DNA of 64,000 nucleotides from an uncultured Acidobacteriota bacterium (GTDB lineage: Bacteria > Acidobacteriota > Thermoanaerobaculia > UBA5066 > Gp7-AA6): assembly GCA_963724465.1 (NCBI GenBank), contig CAVRUT010000005.1, positions 9,611 through 73,610 of the forward strand, read 5' to 3'. The position numbers were made by a program, and so were the translations under genes. Shown here piece after piece: positions 1 through 9,406 of this stretch. The notes beneath the pieces were generated by a model that saw nothing but the letters and a program-made list of their open reading frames with translations, had not been told where the DNA came from and searched no databases. The first letter of the stretch is position 1, and every line of letters starts with the position of its first letter.

Positions 1-2549
1 GCCCGTGCAGCCTCGGCGCTGAACCACCCGAACATCCTTACGGTCCATGACATCGGTTCCGCCGATTCGATCGCATACATCGCGATGGAGTTCGTGGATG
101 GCGTGACGCTGGCCGAGCTGCTGGCGAAGGGGCCGCTCCCGATCAAGAAGCTCCTGAACGTCGCCGAGCAAATCGCCGACGGGCTCTCGAGCGCTCATGA
201 AGTGGGGGTGATCCACCGCGACCTGAAGCCGGGGAACATCATGATTTCCCGAGAAGGCTTCGTCAAGATCCTCGACTTTGGCCTTGCGAAGGTGCCGGCT
301 CCACCACAATCGCCCGCAGAGGACACGCACGCGAGGACCTTCAGCGGTCCGAAAACGCTGCCGGGGTATGTCGTCGGGACCACGGCATACATGTCGCCCG
401 AGCAGGCCCGAGGCGAGCCGATCGACTTTCGATCCGACCAGTTTGCCTTGGGGTCCGTTCTCTACGAGATGGCCACCGGGCGACAGGCGTTCCCGGGGCG
501 ATCCGACACGGACACGCTCCTCGCGATCCTCGAGAAGGAGCCGGAGCCGCTTTCGCAGGCTCGGCCCGGCGTGCCCCCTCCGCTCACCTGGATTGTCGAG
601 CGATGTCTCGCTAAGGACTCCGGGGACCGCTTCGTCTCGACGCGCGACCTCGCCCGCGATCTCGCCAGCGTCGGCGCTCACCTTTCCGAAATTGGCAGCT
701 CCGTCGAGAGGGCTGAGCAGCTGCGCGGGGGCCGCTGGAGGCGCCGCGCCTTTCGGGAGCGCGTAGCCTGGCTGGTGGCCGGGCTTTCGGTGCTTGCGGC
801 AGTTCTGCTGCTCCTCAGCCCTCGGCGTGACGCCGCTCCGGGGCGACCGATACGCCTTTCGCTGCTTCCCCCGAGAAGGCCGCGTTCAACTTCAGCAGCT
901 CCTCGCCGGGGCCCATAGCCGTCTCTCCCGACGGGAGTCGCGTGGTCTTCGGCGTCCGGGACGCCTCGGGAAGGGATCTGCTCTGGGTCCGGCCGCTCGA
1001 CGGCGTCACGGCTAAGCCTCTGGCTGGAACCGACGGCGCGACCTACCCCTTCTGGTCGCCCGATGGCCGCTCCATCGGGTTCTTCGCCGACGGAAAGCTG
1101 CGCCGCATCGAGGCTTCCGGCGGTCCTGCCGAGAGCCTGTGCGATGCGCCGAACGGCCGGGGTGGAACCTGGAACCAACAAGGCGTCATTCTGTTTGCGC
1201 CGGACAACGCTGGCCCGCTCTTCCGCGTTTCCGCTTCGGGGGGAAAGCCGGCTCCTGTCACACAGGTGGATGGCTCGCAACCGACCGCGACCCACCGCTG
1301 GCCGCAGTTTCTGCCGGACGGGCAGCACTTCCTCTTTCTCGCCTGGACCCCGAGCCGACCCTCGGACGTCGACGGAGTCTCCGTGGGATCACTCGACTCG
1401 AAGACAGCGAGGCCGCTTGTGCGGGACATTTCGAACGCTCTCTATGCTCCACCCGGATTCCTGCTCTATGTGCGGGAGGGCACCCTCCTCGCTACTGCCT
1501 TCGACGCAGTCTCTCTTCAGTTAAGGGGGCCGCCGGTTCCGCTCGTGGAGCAGGTCAGCTACCACCCCTACCGCCGAATGGGGATCTTCTCGGTTTCGAA
1601 CGCCGGCTTGCTGGCGTATCAGGCGGGCGCAATCCTCGAGCAGTCCGAGCTTTTCTGGCTCGATCGGACCGGGGCTCGCGTGGGGACAGTCGGGAGCCCG
1701 GGCAATTACTCCGGGGTCCGGCTCGACCGAGGCGGACGCCGCTTCGCGGTGGAGATCACGGAACCCCGAAGCGGAGACATCGACATCTGGCTCGGCGATC
1801 TCGCGCGCGGCGTTCTGACGCGCCTGACGTCAGGACAATTCGTCCACGACAGCCCGGTCTGGTCCCCGGACGGAGCCCAGATCGTATTCTCCTCCAACCG
1901 GAACGGGCACTTCGACCTCTTCCGAAAGAGCACGGACGGCGCGGGAGTCGAGGAGCCCCTCTTCACGTCGAGCAACGATAAATCGCCGACCGACTGGTCG
2001 GCCGACGGCCGCTTCATCGCCTTTGACGTCTTCGGCGAACGCGCCCACGAGCAGACCAGCTCCAAGCGCGGGGGAAAACACGAGGTCTGGATCTTTTCGG
2101 TCGCGGGCGGAGGCGCGACGCCGGTTCTCCAGACGGCGTTCAACGAATCGAGCGGTCGCTTCTCGCCCGATGGCCGCTGGCTCGCCTATTGCTCGGACAA
2201 CTCGGGAAGAAGCGAAGTGTACGTACGCTCCTTTCCCTCGCCCGGCGCGGAGTGGCGAGTTTCCGTCGATGGAGGCACGCAGCCGGTATGGCGTCCCGAC
2301 GGCCAAGAGCTCTTCTACGTCGGTGCCGATCGCAAGTTGATGGCGACCAAGACGAAGATCATGTCGGCTGTCACGCACGGCGCGATCGAGAGCCTGTTCG
2401 ACATACATTTGAGGTCTTCCGCCAGCGATATAGGGCTCTTCGACGTTGCGGCCGACGGCCGGCGGTTCCTGGTGAATACCCCGGTCGAGCGACAGACGTC
2501 GTCACCCGTCACCGTCGTGGTCAACTGGTCCGCGCCGCTACGCCGGTAG
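1..2549 (+). CDS. Ser/Thr protein kinase + TM + PD40/TolB-like beta-propeller (5'-truncated by window; frameshift near 870)
   Basis: Frame 1 reads ARAASALNHPNI...HRDLKPGN...DFG...YMSPEQ, then a hydrophobic segment. Adding one C to the C-run near 868-872 joins it to ORF 942..2549, which has WSPDG/FSPDG repeats. Confidence 0.9.
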
Positions 2550-3632
2550 TGCCTTTCGGCGCGTGTGGCCCTCGGGTCGGCCATGACGTGCGATCCCGGC
2601 GCCGCACACGTAGACCGGAAATTCCCGAACGCCATCCAGGCCGAGAAGTTTCTCGATACGGCTCTCCTTCATGGAAGCCGTCGTGAAGGCTCCGAGACGG
2701 CTCGCAGTCGCCAGAAGAGTGAAAGTCTGGGCCAGATGGCCGGCATCCAAGAAAAACAAGCGGTACGAATCGTCGGCGGAGTACTTCCAGAAGAGCCGGT
2801 CAGCGACCACGGTCATGATGCACAGAAAGGCCGCCTGTCGGATCCAGCTCTGTCCGGCGGCGAGGCGGACGGCCTCCTCGCGGAGGTCGCCCCGCCGAAG
2901 GCGCTCGAGACTATTCTCATGCACGTTGTAGTGATAGAGGCCCGCCGGCAGTCCCTCGACGCCCCAGGCCACGACATAACACTCGATCGGATGGCGGGCT
3001 CCCGCTGATGGGCTCGTCTTGGAGATTAGCCTCCCGAGCATTCCGGCATCCACCCACCCCGTCTGACCCCAGGTCCACCGAATGATGCTTGCGAAATCTC
3101 GAAACGGCACGAGACGGCGCGAGAAATCGCGCACGGTTCTGCGTCGCTCGAGCGCGCTTCTCAGGCTCGGACCGTGCTCGGTCGAGGCGTGATCGGGTAG
3201 AGGAAGGCGAGGCCGGCCGGGATAACTTTTGTACAGAGGAGGCTGCGGCTCCTCCGCCAGTCGGCGGCGGAAGTCCCGCGTCAGCTCCCCGGGGTCCGTC
3301 ACGTAGGAGACATCACGAGCGGCGAAATGAGAGTAAGCCGCCGGACAGGAGCCTCTCCACATCGCCGCCACGTCGCGGCGGGCGGTCCGGTCGGTGGCCG
3401 GAACGAGAAACCCCAGGTTTGCGAGCTTGCGAATCTCTCGCTCGACGGAGGCCGGCGTGTAGGTCATGAATGCCTTGGCGACCGAACGGCTCGACCTCGG
3501 CTTGCCGAATTCCGCGAGGAGCTCAACGACCAGCGGCGCCGCTGTGATCCGGCGGCGCCGGACGAACTCTTCGAGACAAAATTGGCTTCCTCGCCAATAG
3601 GCGACGACATTGGGGCTTCTGACGAGGCGCAT
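2538..3632 (-). CDS. SagB/ThcOx-family FMN-dependent peptide dehydrogenase with N-terminal wHTH/RRE-like region
   Basis: Motifs RRRTVRDF, KTSPSAGARHPIE, GLYHYN, FWKY (Lys-Tyr of azoline oxidases) and DAGHLAQ. The N-terminal ~80 aa end in VEREIRKLANLGFLV. Confidence 0.88.
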   Translation of the reverse strand: MRLVRSPNVVAYWRGSQFCLEEFVRRRRITAAPLVVELLAEFGKPRSSRSVAKAFMTYTPASVEREIRKLANLGFLVPATDRTARRDVAAMWRGSCPAAYSHFAARDVSYVTDPGELTRDFRRRLAEEPQPPLYKSYPGRPRLPLPDHASTEHGPSLRSALERRRTVRDFSRRLVPFRDFASIIRWTWGQTGWVDAGMLGRLISKTSPSAGARHPIECYVVAWGVEGLPAGLYHYNVHENSLERLRRGDLREEAVRLAAGQSWIRQAAFLCIMTVVADRLFWKYSADDSYRLFFLDAGHLAQTFTLLATASRLGAFTTASMKESRIEKLLGLDGVREFPVYVCGAGIARHGRPEGHTRRKALPA

Positions 3633-3672
3633 CCCCGTTCGCTTGTGCCCTAACGGCTTGTCACGAGGAGCG

Positions 3673-3846
3673 TTACTTACAGGTTTTCGACGTTTTCCAT
3701 TTGCTTGCCGTATTCACGAGCTTCTTGATCTCGAGGTTGAGCACTTTCATGAGTTCGTTCGTGGCCTTGCGCCTTTTTCTTTCGGCCTTGATCGCGGCCT
3801 TGAGCCTTTCGATTTGGGTCTTCTTCTTCGTCCTCGCTCCTGCCAC
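3673..3846 (-). CDS. 57-aa basic peptide, putative RiPP precursor (MAGARTKKKTQIERLKAAIKAERKRRKATNELMKVLNLEIKKLVNTASKWKTSKTCK)
   Basis: Translated by hand. Strong SD GAGGAGGT 4 nt before GTG, TAA stop 40 nt upstream of the SagB start, same strand. Below the ORF-track length cutoff. Confidence 0.75.
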   Translation of the reverse strand: MAGARTKKKTQIERLKAAIKAERKRRKATNELMKVLNLEIKKLVNTASKWKTSKTCK

Positions 3847-3940
3847 GCTCACCTCCTCGAGTCTCAGACTCGCTTTACCGGAAGACTATCCGATTGCCGA
3901 ATCCCGTGCGAGGAGGCGGGCGATGCCCGCCGAAGGAATG

Positions 3941-3986
3941 TGGTGCGCCCGGCGCGATTCGAACGCGCGACCTTTAGCTCCGGAGG
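3941..3986 (-). repeat. att site: 46-bp exact copy of tRNA-Arg(CCG) 3' half (distal)
   Basis: tggtgcgcccggcgcgattcgaacgcgcgacctttagctccggagg is identical to 11914..11959. Confidence 0.95.
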
Positions 3987-4114
3987 AGAGAAGGGGGAGG
4001 AGTCGACGACACCCGAGGACAGCTCAGAGTAGGTTTCTCAACGATTTAGCTCCGGGCGTCTGTCGAGGACTTTCCGGAGCGTTCGCCAAGACAGGAAGAA
4101 AACACGGAGAATCG
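3987..4114. repeat. Conserved 128-bp att arm (IHF-like box 4036..4048; tandem ACACGGAGAA-type repeats 4091..4114)
   Basis: Ungapped alignment to 9220..9347 with about 26 mismatches by hand count (~80% identity). Confidence 0.85.
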
Positions 4115-4495
4115 AACCGGTTCTGGAGATAGCGGGAGGCGCCCTCGATTCGGGGCGGTTGTCACCGAAGGGTTCGGCCAGGTTTCGAATCTACGACCCT
4201 CCGCCGGGCCGCGGGGTGTCGCCTTTGTACATTTGTCGGGGAGCCGACTTATTGCGATCAGGCTCGGAGTTGGACTTCCCGAGTCTCATTCCGAGTCTTG
4301 ACCCGCGTCTGCCCCGGTCGGAGCCTCCTCACGACACAAGCCGCCGGGAGGGCTTCGGTCGCCGAATCCTCCGCCCGGATAGGGCTGAAGAACCGGCTGG
4401 CCACTGACCTCCCGATCGCCGCCCCTCGGGGCGGCGGTTCTCTCTCGTTCCGTCCGCCCGGCTTCCAGCGTGAATAACCTCGAGGGCAGCAACAT

Positions 4496-7270
4496 CTAGA
4501 GCGGGTTGTCGCGTCTCTCCCGCGGTTCGTCCGAATAGGACTTGACGAAATCGGCGACGGCGAGGATCTTGCCCTCCGGTCCGGCGACGGCCTCGATCGT
4601 GAACGTCCCGTAGGGCAGGTCCTCGGGCAATCGCCACGACGTCGAGAACACGCCGTCCTTGCCGACCGCCAAGCTTTGCTCCGGCAGCTTCATTTCTCGA
4701 ATGCGCAGAGTCACCTTCTCGCCGGCGGGAAAGCCGCGTCCCGAGACCTCGAGCGCGTTGTCCGGGCCCAGCCCGGCGACCCCGCTCGAGGGATAGGCCG
4801 TCGAAAGGAAAAGCTTGGCGAGGCCGGGATAGGCTTCGCCCCGCGGAGTCGGAGGCTCTTCCGGCTTGCGAGCTAGGACGCCGACGGTCCCCTCAGTGTC
4901 CGCGACCGGCGGGCGCCGATCCCAGTAAGGCGGATCGGTCTCGGAGCAACCCGAAGTTCTCTGGAGAAACCACAATCCATGGCCCCAGCTCGCGATGTGG
5001 ACCGCGCCGTTGGGATAGAAATGAAACCCCGTCACGTAGCTGATCCGCGCCGAGTTCTTGATCGTGCGCCAGGTCTTCCCGTCGTCCGTCGTGCAGATCA
5101 CGCCCGCGTCGCGAGTGCCCACGAGGATCCGCCCTTCCCGGTAGGGATCGAACGCGATCTTCGTGACCTGCATGTGGTAGTCGTCCATGTCGCGCATCTT
5201 CAGCCGGCCGCCCTGGAGCACCTGAGCCGTGAGCCGCTGGTCCTTCGCCCACGTCTGGCCGCCGTCGTGGCTCACCTTCACGTCCCCGGCCACGACGTCC
5301 GGCGCGATGAGGAAGCGCCAATCGTAGGGATCGGCGCCGAACACCGCATGCGAATCCCACTGCGCCGCGCGGCGCCCGAGACTGCCGCCGCCCGGAAGAC
5401 GGACGGCATCGCTGTCGTCGATCGTGTCCACGCGATCGGCGTAGAGATTGGATAGGGGGACGAGCCCGATGCCGCCGGTGCCGAGGTACACCGACACCCA
5501 GGCCATCACGCCCTCTCGCGGTAGGCCGCCCGTAACGACGTCGGGGTTCACGTGCGCGGCGACCCCTTCGGTGAGCACGCCGCCCTTCAGGTTCGTGCGT
5601 TGCACCGAGCCGGCCCAGCCGAAGTTGAGGTCGAAGCGCCGTCGCCAGGTGTTTCCGCCGTTCGTGGAAACGTAGACCCCGTTGCTCGGTCCGCCCCCGA
5701 TGCGGAGACGCACCCAACTGGTCGCCGTGCCTCCCGCCGACGGCTCGAGATAGAACGCCTGCTTCATCTGACCGGAATCGAGCGGCTGCCCGTTCTGGTC
5801 GATGTCCGGAACGAGCCGCTGGTTGAGAAAGTTCGCGTCGGCGAACTGTTCGGCCCAGTTGCCCCCGATCTCGACGTATCCCACCGTGATGGGCTCGCCC
5901 GGCCGGGCGTCGGGACGGACCTCCAGGTCGTAGCCTTCCGCCGCATCGCTGCGCGGCCACGTCTTCCCGCCGTCCGCGGAGGCCCAGAGGTTGTTGTCCT
6001 GCGTGCCGAAATAGAGCGACGTCGACAGGACCGCTCCGTCGGGCCTCACCATGTTGGTGCCGGCGAGATCCGTGATCTGAAGCGAGTTCATTCCGCTGCC
6101 GGGAACGGCGGCGCTCACCCAGTCGCCGATCCCTGGCGTCGTCGGCGGGCGCGGCTTGAAGAGACCGCCGTCGCTGCCGAGGAAGGTCGGCTTGAGACCC
6201 GCATTCACACCCAGATCGCTCATGTCGGCATGAATGCCGGCGGTGGCGATGTAGCTTGTCCAGTCCCCCTGGGTCAGCGCTCGGAACTCCTCCACCGTGG
6301 CCCGGGTCACCTGATACCCATCCCAGCCATGGCCGGTCCAGACCTTGATGGGCCACGGCCCAAACTCGGGCCCCGGCTCCTTCGTGACGCGTATGAAAGG
6401 ACCGCGCGATTTGCCCTGGGGTGTCGTGAGCAACGTCTTCGTGTCCGTGTCGAGCTCATAGAACCAGATCGTGCCGAAACGGTCACTCGGCGAGTTGTTG
6501 TGATACTCCCTGAGGATGAAGGCCCACGGCGCGTAAGGCGAGCGGTCCATCTTGTTCGCGCCGTACTGGAAGTTCCCGCTGAAGAAAGAGTCCGCGATCA
6601 CGTTGCGCCACGTGCCGCCCCGATCGTCGCTGCGATAAAGCGCGTTGGACGCGAGGGCGAGCACCTGACCCTTCGGGAACGCCAGGACCGCCTGCACCAT
6701 CGGCGGGAGCGTCGGCTCGAGCGCCTTGTGGGTCCAGGTGTCGCCGTTGTCGGTGCTGATCGCCACGCCGAAGTCCGTGCCGACGTACCAGAGACCGTTC
6801 TGGTCGGGCGACGGCGAAACCCCATACGCGCTCGTGCGCGTGATGGACGGCGTCGGCGGCACGACGCCGGTCGCCGGCCGGGTCCAGCTTCCGCCGCGGT
6901 CATGACTCACGTAGATGCCGCCGCCGTTAGCGACCTGGTTGTCTCGAAAGACCGTGGCGATCACGGTGGTTCCGTCGGCACCGAACTCGACGTCGCCGAC
7001 CATGACCGCGGGCAGCGAAAAGATGCGGAACCAGTTCTCTCCGCCGTTGATCGTCCCCCACAGGCCGCCGAACTCCATCGCCACGAGAGCGCGGTTTCGA
7101 TCGACGGGACTGACCGCGATCGACTGCACGCGGCCCGCGTTGAAGTCGTTTCCGGCGCTGTCGGCGAAGGCCGGCGGAATCGCGGGAGGGTCCTGAATCA
7201 GATGCACGGTCTCGCAGCCTGCGACGACCACGAACGACAGCAGACCGGCGACGGCGCGAAATCGAGACAT
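4496..7270 (-). CDS. Secreted lipoprotein with BNR/Asp-box repeats (sialidase/GH74/VPS10-like beta-propeller)
   Basis: SD GGAGGAGG, then MSRFRAVAGLLSFVVVAG-C lipobox. Many S-x-D-x-G-x-T/S-W repeats. Confidence 0.82.
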   Translation of the reverse strand: MSRFRAVAGLLSFVVVAGCETVHLIQDPPAIPPAFADSAGNDFNAGRVQSIAVSPVDRNRALVAMEFGGLWGTINGGENWFRIFSLPAVMVGDVEFGADGTTVIATVFRDNQVANGGGIYVSHDRGGSWTRPATGVVPPTPSITRTSAYGVSPSPDQNGLWYVGTDFGVAISTDNGDTWTHKALEPTLPPMVQAVLAFPKGQVLALASNALYRSDDRGGTWRNVIADSFFSGNFQYGANKMDRSPYAPWAFILREYHNNSPSDRFGTIWFYELDTDTKTLLTTPQGKSRGPFIRVTKEPGPEFGPWPIKVWTGHGWDGYQVTRATVEEFRALTQGDWTSYIATAGIHADMSDLGVNAGLKPTFLGSDGGLFKPRPPTTPGIGDWVSAAVPGSGMNSLQITDLAGTNMVRPDGAVLSTSLYFGTQDNNLWASADGGKTWPRSDAAEGYDLEVRPDARPGEPITVGYVEIGGNWAEQFADANFLNQRLVPDIDQNGQPLDSGQMKQAFYLEPSAGGTATSWVRLRIGGGPSNGVYVSTNGGNTWRRRFDLNFGWAGSVQRTNLKGGVLTEGVAAHVNPDVVTGGLPREGVMAWVSVYLGTGGIGLVPLSNLYADRVDTIDDSDAVRLPGGGSLGRRAAQWDSHAVFGADPYDWRFLIAPDVVAGDVKVSHDGGQTWAKDQRLTAQVLQGGRLKMRDMDDYHMQVTKIAFDPYREGRILVGTRDAGVICTTDDGKTWRTIKNSARISYVTGFHFYPNGAVHIASWGHGLWFLQRTSGCSETDPPYWDRRPPVADTEGTVGVLARKPEEPPTPRGEAYPGLAKLFLSTAYPSSGVAGLGPDNALEVSGRGFPAGEKVTLRIREMKLPEQSLAVGKDGVFSTSWRLPEDLPYGTFTIEAVAGPEGKILAVADFVKSYSDEPRERRDNPL

Positions 7271-7471
7271 TGGGCCCTCCTCCGGGAATAGAAGCGAATT
7301 TCGATGCCGCGCCCCGACAGTATGGCGCAGATCGCGTGTCGTTTCTCCTATTTCGCTCCTGGTGCTGCCCGTTCGCGGCGCGACCAATCCCCCGGAAGCT
7401 GCTCCGGATCGGCGAGTTGCGGCGGGTCAGCAACCAACCCGACTGGTAGAAGACCGCCACGGGCGTCCCGC

Positions 7472-8695
7472 TCAGCCAACTCGCCTCCCGACCCGCGTGG
7501 ACCTTCGCCGATCGCCACGACGCGGGGCAAGGCGGTCTCTCTTGATGAGGCCTGACTTCTCCAATTTCTTAAGGATCTCGCTGATGTCTTCAGCGGAAGT
7601 CCGTTCCATTGCCGACGCCAACTCATGGCCATAGAAACGTCGCTTACGTGCCATGTATCTCAGCGCTAATGCCCCTTCCAAAGGCAACTCGGTTCGTCTT
7701 GTCGTTTGGCCGACTTTCGTGATCAAGACAATCTTTTTCTCGCCTCGGCGTTCTACCACCCGGGTGTGATACTTGAGCGGAGTTTTTCGCTCGAAGGAAG
7801 CCGTTAGCGATGCGCCCCACTTTGCGAGCAAGCGGTCGGGACTCATCCGATCCGCGGCATTACAGACTTCGTGGACTAACTTCGTAAGCCGTTGTCCCTG
7901 CCAGTCCCGGCCGCCCGTCGACCCAAGGCCAAAGGCTAGTTCTCGAGCGTCATCAACTTTGTTTAGGTGAGCCTTCAATTCATCGACGAGAAGGTCGGCC
8001 CATGAAGGCGGATTGATGGTGTAGAGGAGCGACAAAGACGGCTCGTGATTGGCGGTGGAGTGCCAATAACCCGGATGCAGATACACGAGTGTGCCTTGTC
8101 GCGCTTCAAACCTTCTGGACCCCCTCGGCATCTTCGACGGGAAGGGTTGCCGCGAATAGGCCTTCATTTCGTCGTCCACGTCGGTGCCAACATTCCAGCC
8201 AGCGTGCGGATGTTTGAGATGCTTATTCTCTGCAATTTGCCATTGTTTTGCGCCGATCAACTGAATGTTGATCGTCACGTTCGGATCGAAATGAACTGCC
8301 GATCCGGCTCCCTTTGACGCGAATGCTTCAAAGAACACCTCTTCACCTCTCAGGCCCAAATCGAGTTCCAGACGGCGTGCGAGAGGTTTCAGGGCAGGGA
8401 CGTGTTCTTCGACATGGGACAAATAAAGCGTGTAGCCGCTCTCGAAGAAGTCAGACAGCTGTTCCGCCTCGGCCGTAATCACTGGGTTCTTAGTGTCCCG
8501 CGGTGCCCAGGCCTCCGCGGTGCCACGCCACACTTCCAAGATTGCCTCGATGCTGCGGAGTGCCGGAATCGTTGCGATCTCTTTGAACCGTTCTAGCGAA
8601 CCGTGGCGCACATACGGTCGTTTTTGCCAGTATCTGGACATGAACACATCTGTGGAGAGCGGGTGCAGCAGCTCAGCCAGCCCCAAAGTCTTCAT
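7472..8695 (-). CDS. JmjC/cupin-4 2-oxoglutarate/Fe(II) oxygenase (RoxA/YcfD-like), start uncertain (8695 or 8731)
   Basis: FMSRYWQKRP, HFD...QLIGAKQW and YLHPGYWH give the HxD...H triad. C-terminal wHTH-like end. Visibly lower GC than the flanks. Confidence 0.82.
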   Translation of the reverse strand: MKTLGLAELLHPLSTDVFMSRYWQKRPYVRHGSLERFKEIATIPALRSIEAILEVWRGTAEAWAPRDTKNPVITAEAEQLSDFFESGYTLYLSHVEEHVPALKPLARRLELDLGLRGEEVFFEAFASKGAGSAVHFDPNVTINIQLIGAKQWQIAENKHLKHPHAGWNVGTDVDDEMKAYSRQPFPSKMPRGSRRFEARQGTLVYLHPGYWHSTANHEPSLSLLYTINPPSWADLLVDELKAHLNKVDDARELAFGLGSTGGRDWQGQRLTKLVHEVCNAADRMSPDRLLAKWGASLTASFERKTPLKYHTRVVERRGEKKIVLITKVGQTTRRTELPLEGALALRYMARKRRFYGHELASAMERTSAEDISEILKKLEKSGLIKRDRLAPRRGDRRRSTRVGRRVG

Positions 8696-8788
8696 CCCAA
8701 ATCTCGGAGCGCTAGAGTCATCAGAACTCAACTAAGCTCGTGTTCCTCATGACACCGTGGAGACCTTCACGAGAGTATAGGCCGACCG

Positions 8789-9110
8789 TTACAGCCTTTT
8801 TCCCTGCTGTTCTGCGCCGACGCCGCAGATCCTCGATTTTCGTCCGAAGTCTCTCCTCAGGCTCCGCCAGACGGCTCATGAAGGTTCGTAGCTCTTTGAG
8901 TGCGAAGTAGCGACGTTGAGTCGATAGAGCCTCGGCCGACCGGCCATCCTCGAGGCAACGAGACCGTCTTTCTCGAGTCCCGAGAGCGCTTTCTGAACTC
9001 CGGAAAGGGCCTGCTCGAGGACCCGAAGTAGCTCGCGCGGGTAGCCCTCCTCGAGCAGGTTCAAGGCGATGAGCGCGCGAGTTTTGGTGCAGGGGTCCGA
9101 GGCGAAGGCG
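8789..9110 (-). pseudogene. Degraded winged-helix DNA-binding protein
   Basis: TKTRALIALNLLEEGYPREL...KALSGLEKDGLV...RLYRLN, frameshift, then RYFALKELRTFMSRLAEPEE...GKRL*. No clear start codon. Confidence 0.6.
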
Positions 9111-9173
9111 AAGGTGGCCGGGGCGAAGCGCCCAGCCCTGCCTCAGGATGACGACTTAGGTCCTTGGAAAGAT

Positions 9174-9219
9174 TGGTGCGCCCGGCGCGATTCGAACGCG
9201 CGACCTTTAGCTCCGGAGG
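9174..9219 (-). repeat. att site: 46-bp exact copy of tRNA-Arg(CCG) 3' half (middle)
   Basis: Identical to 11914..11959 and 3941..3986. Confidence 0.95.
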
Positions 9220-9347
9220 GGAGAACGGTGAGGAGCCGACGACACCCGACGATAGCTCAGAGTAGAAAGATCAACGAGTTGGCTCCAGGCGCCTGTCATG
9301 GACTTTCCTCGACTTTCCCCAACACACGGAGAAAACACGGAGAATCG
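9220..9347. repeat. Conserved 128-bp att arm (IHF-like GATCAACGAGTTG 9269..9281; ACACGGAGAA x2 at 9324..9347)
   Basis: Homologous to 3987..4114 at identical spacing from the att core. Confidence 0.85.
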
Positions 9348-9406
9348 GGCGAGTCAACGCCTGTCGCTCTTGCCGGCTGGTTTTCGAGCGGAGTGGGTAA
9401 GGCATC

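Larger units (their letters stand above)
3941..9219. mobile_element. Integrase-less tRNA-Arg-anchored genomic islet B (~5.2 kb)
   Basis: Bounded by 46-bp direct repeats. Carries an arm region (3987..4114), a BNR lipoprotein, a lower-GC JmjC gene and a wHTH pseudogene. Confidence 0.8.

Noticed and set aside
3914-3931. Hairpin GGCGGGC-gat-GCCCGCC beside the distal att as a terminator
   Set aside because: It could be the original tRNA 3' trailer, but there is no U-tract, so it was not called.
4115-4495. Short ORFs 4159..4407 and 4286..4495 inside islet B
   Set aside because: No SD, recognisable motif or coding-like bias; treated as non-coding or debris.
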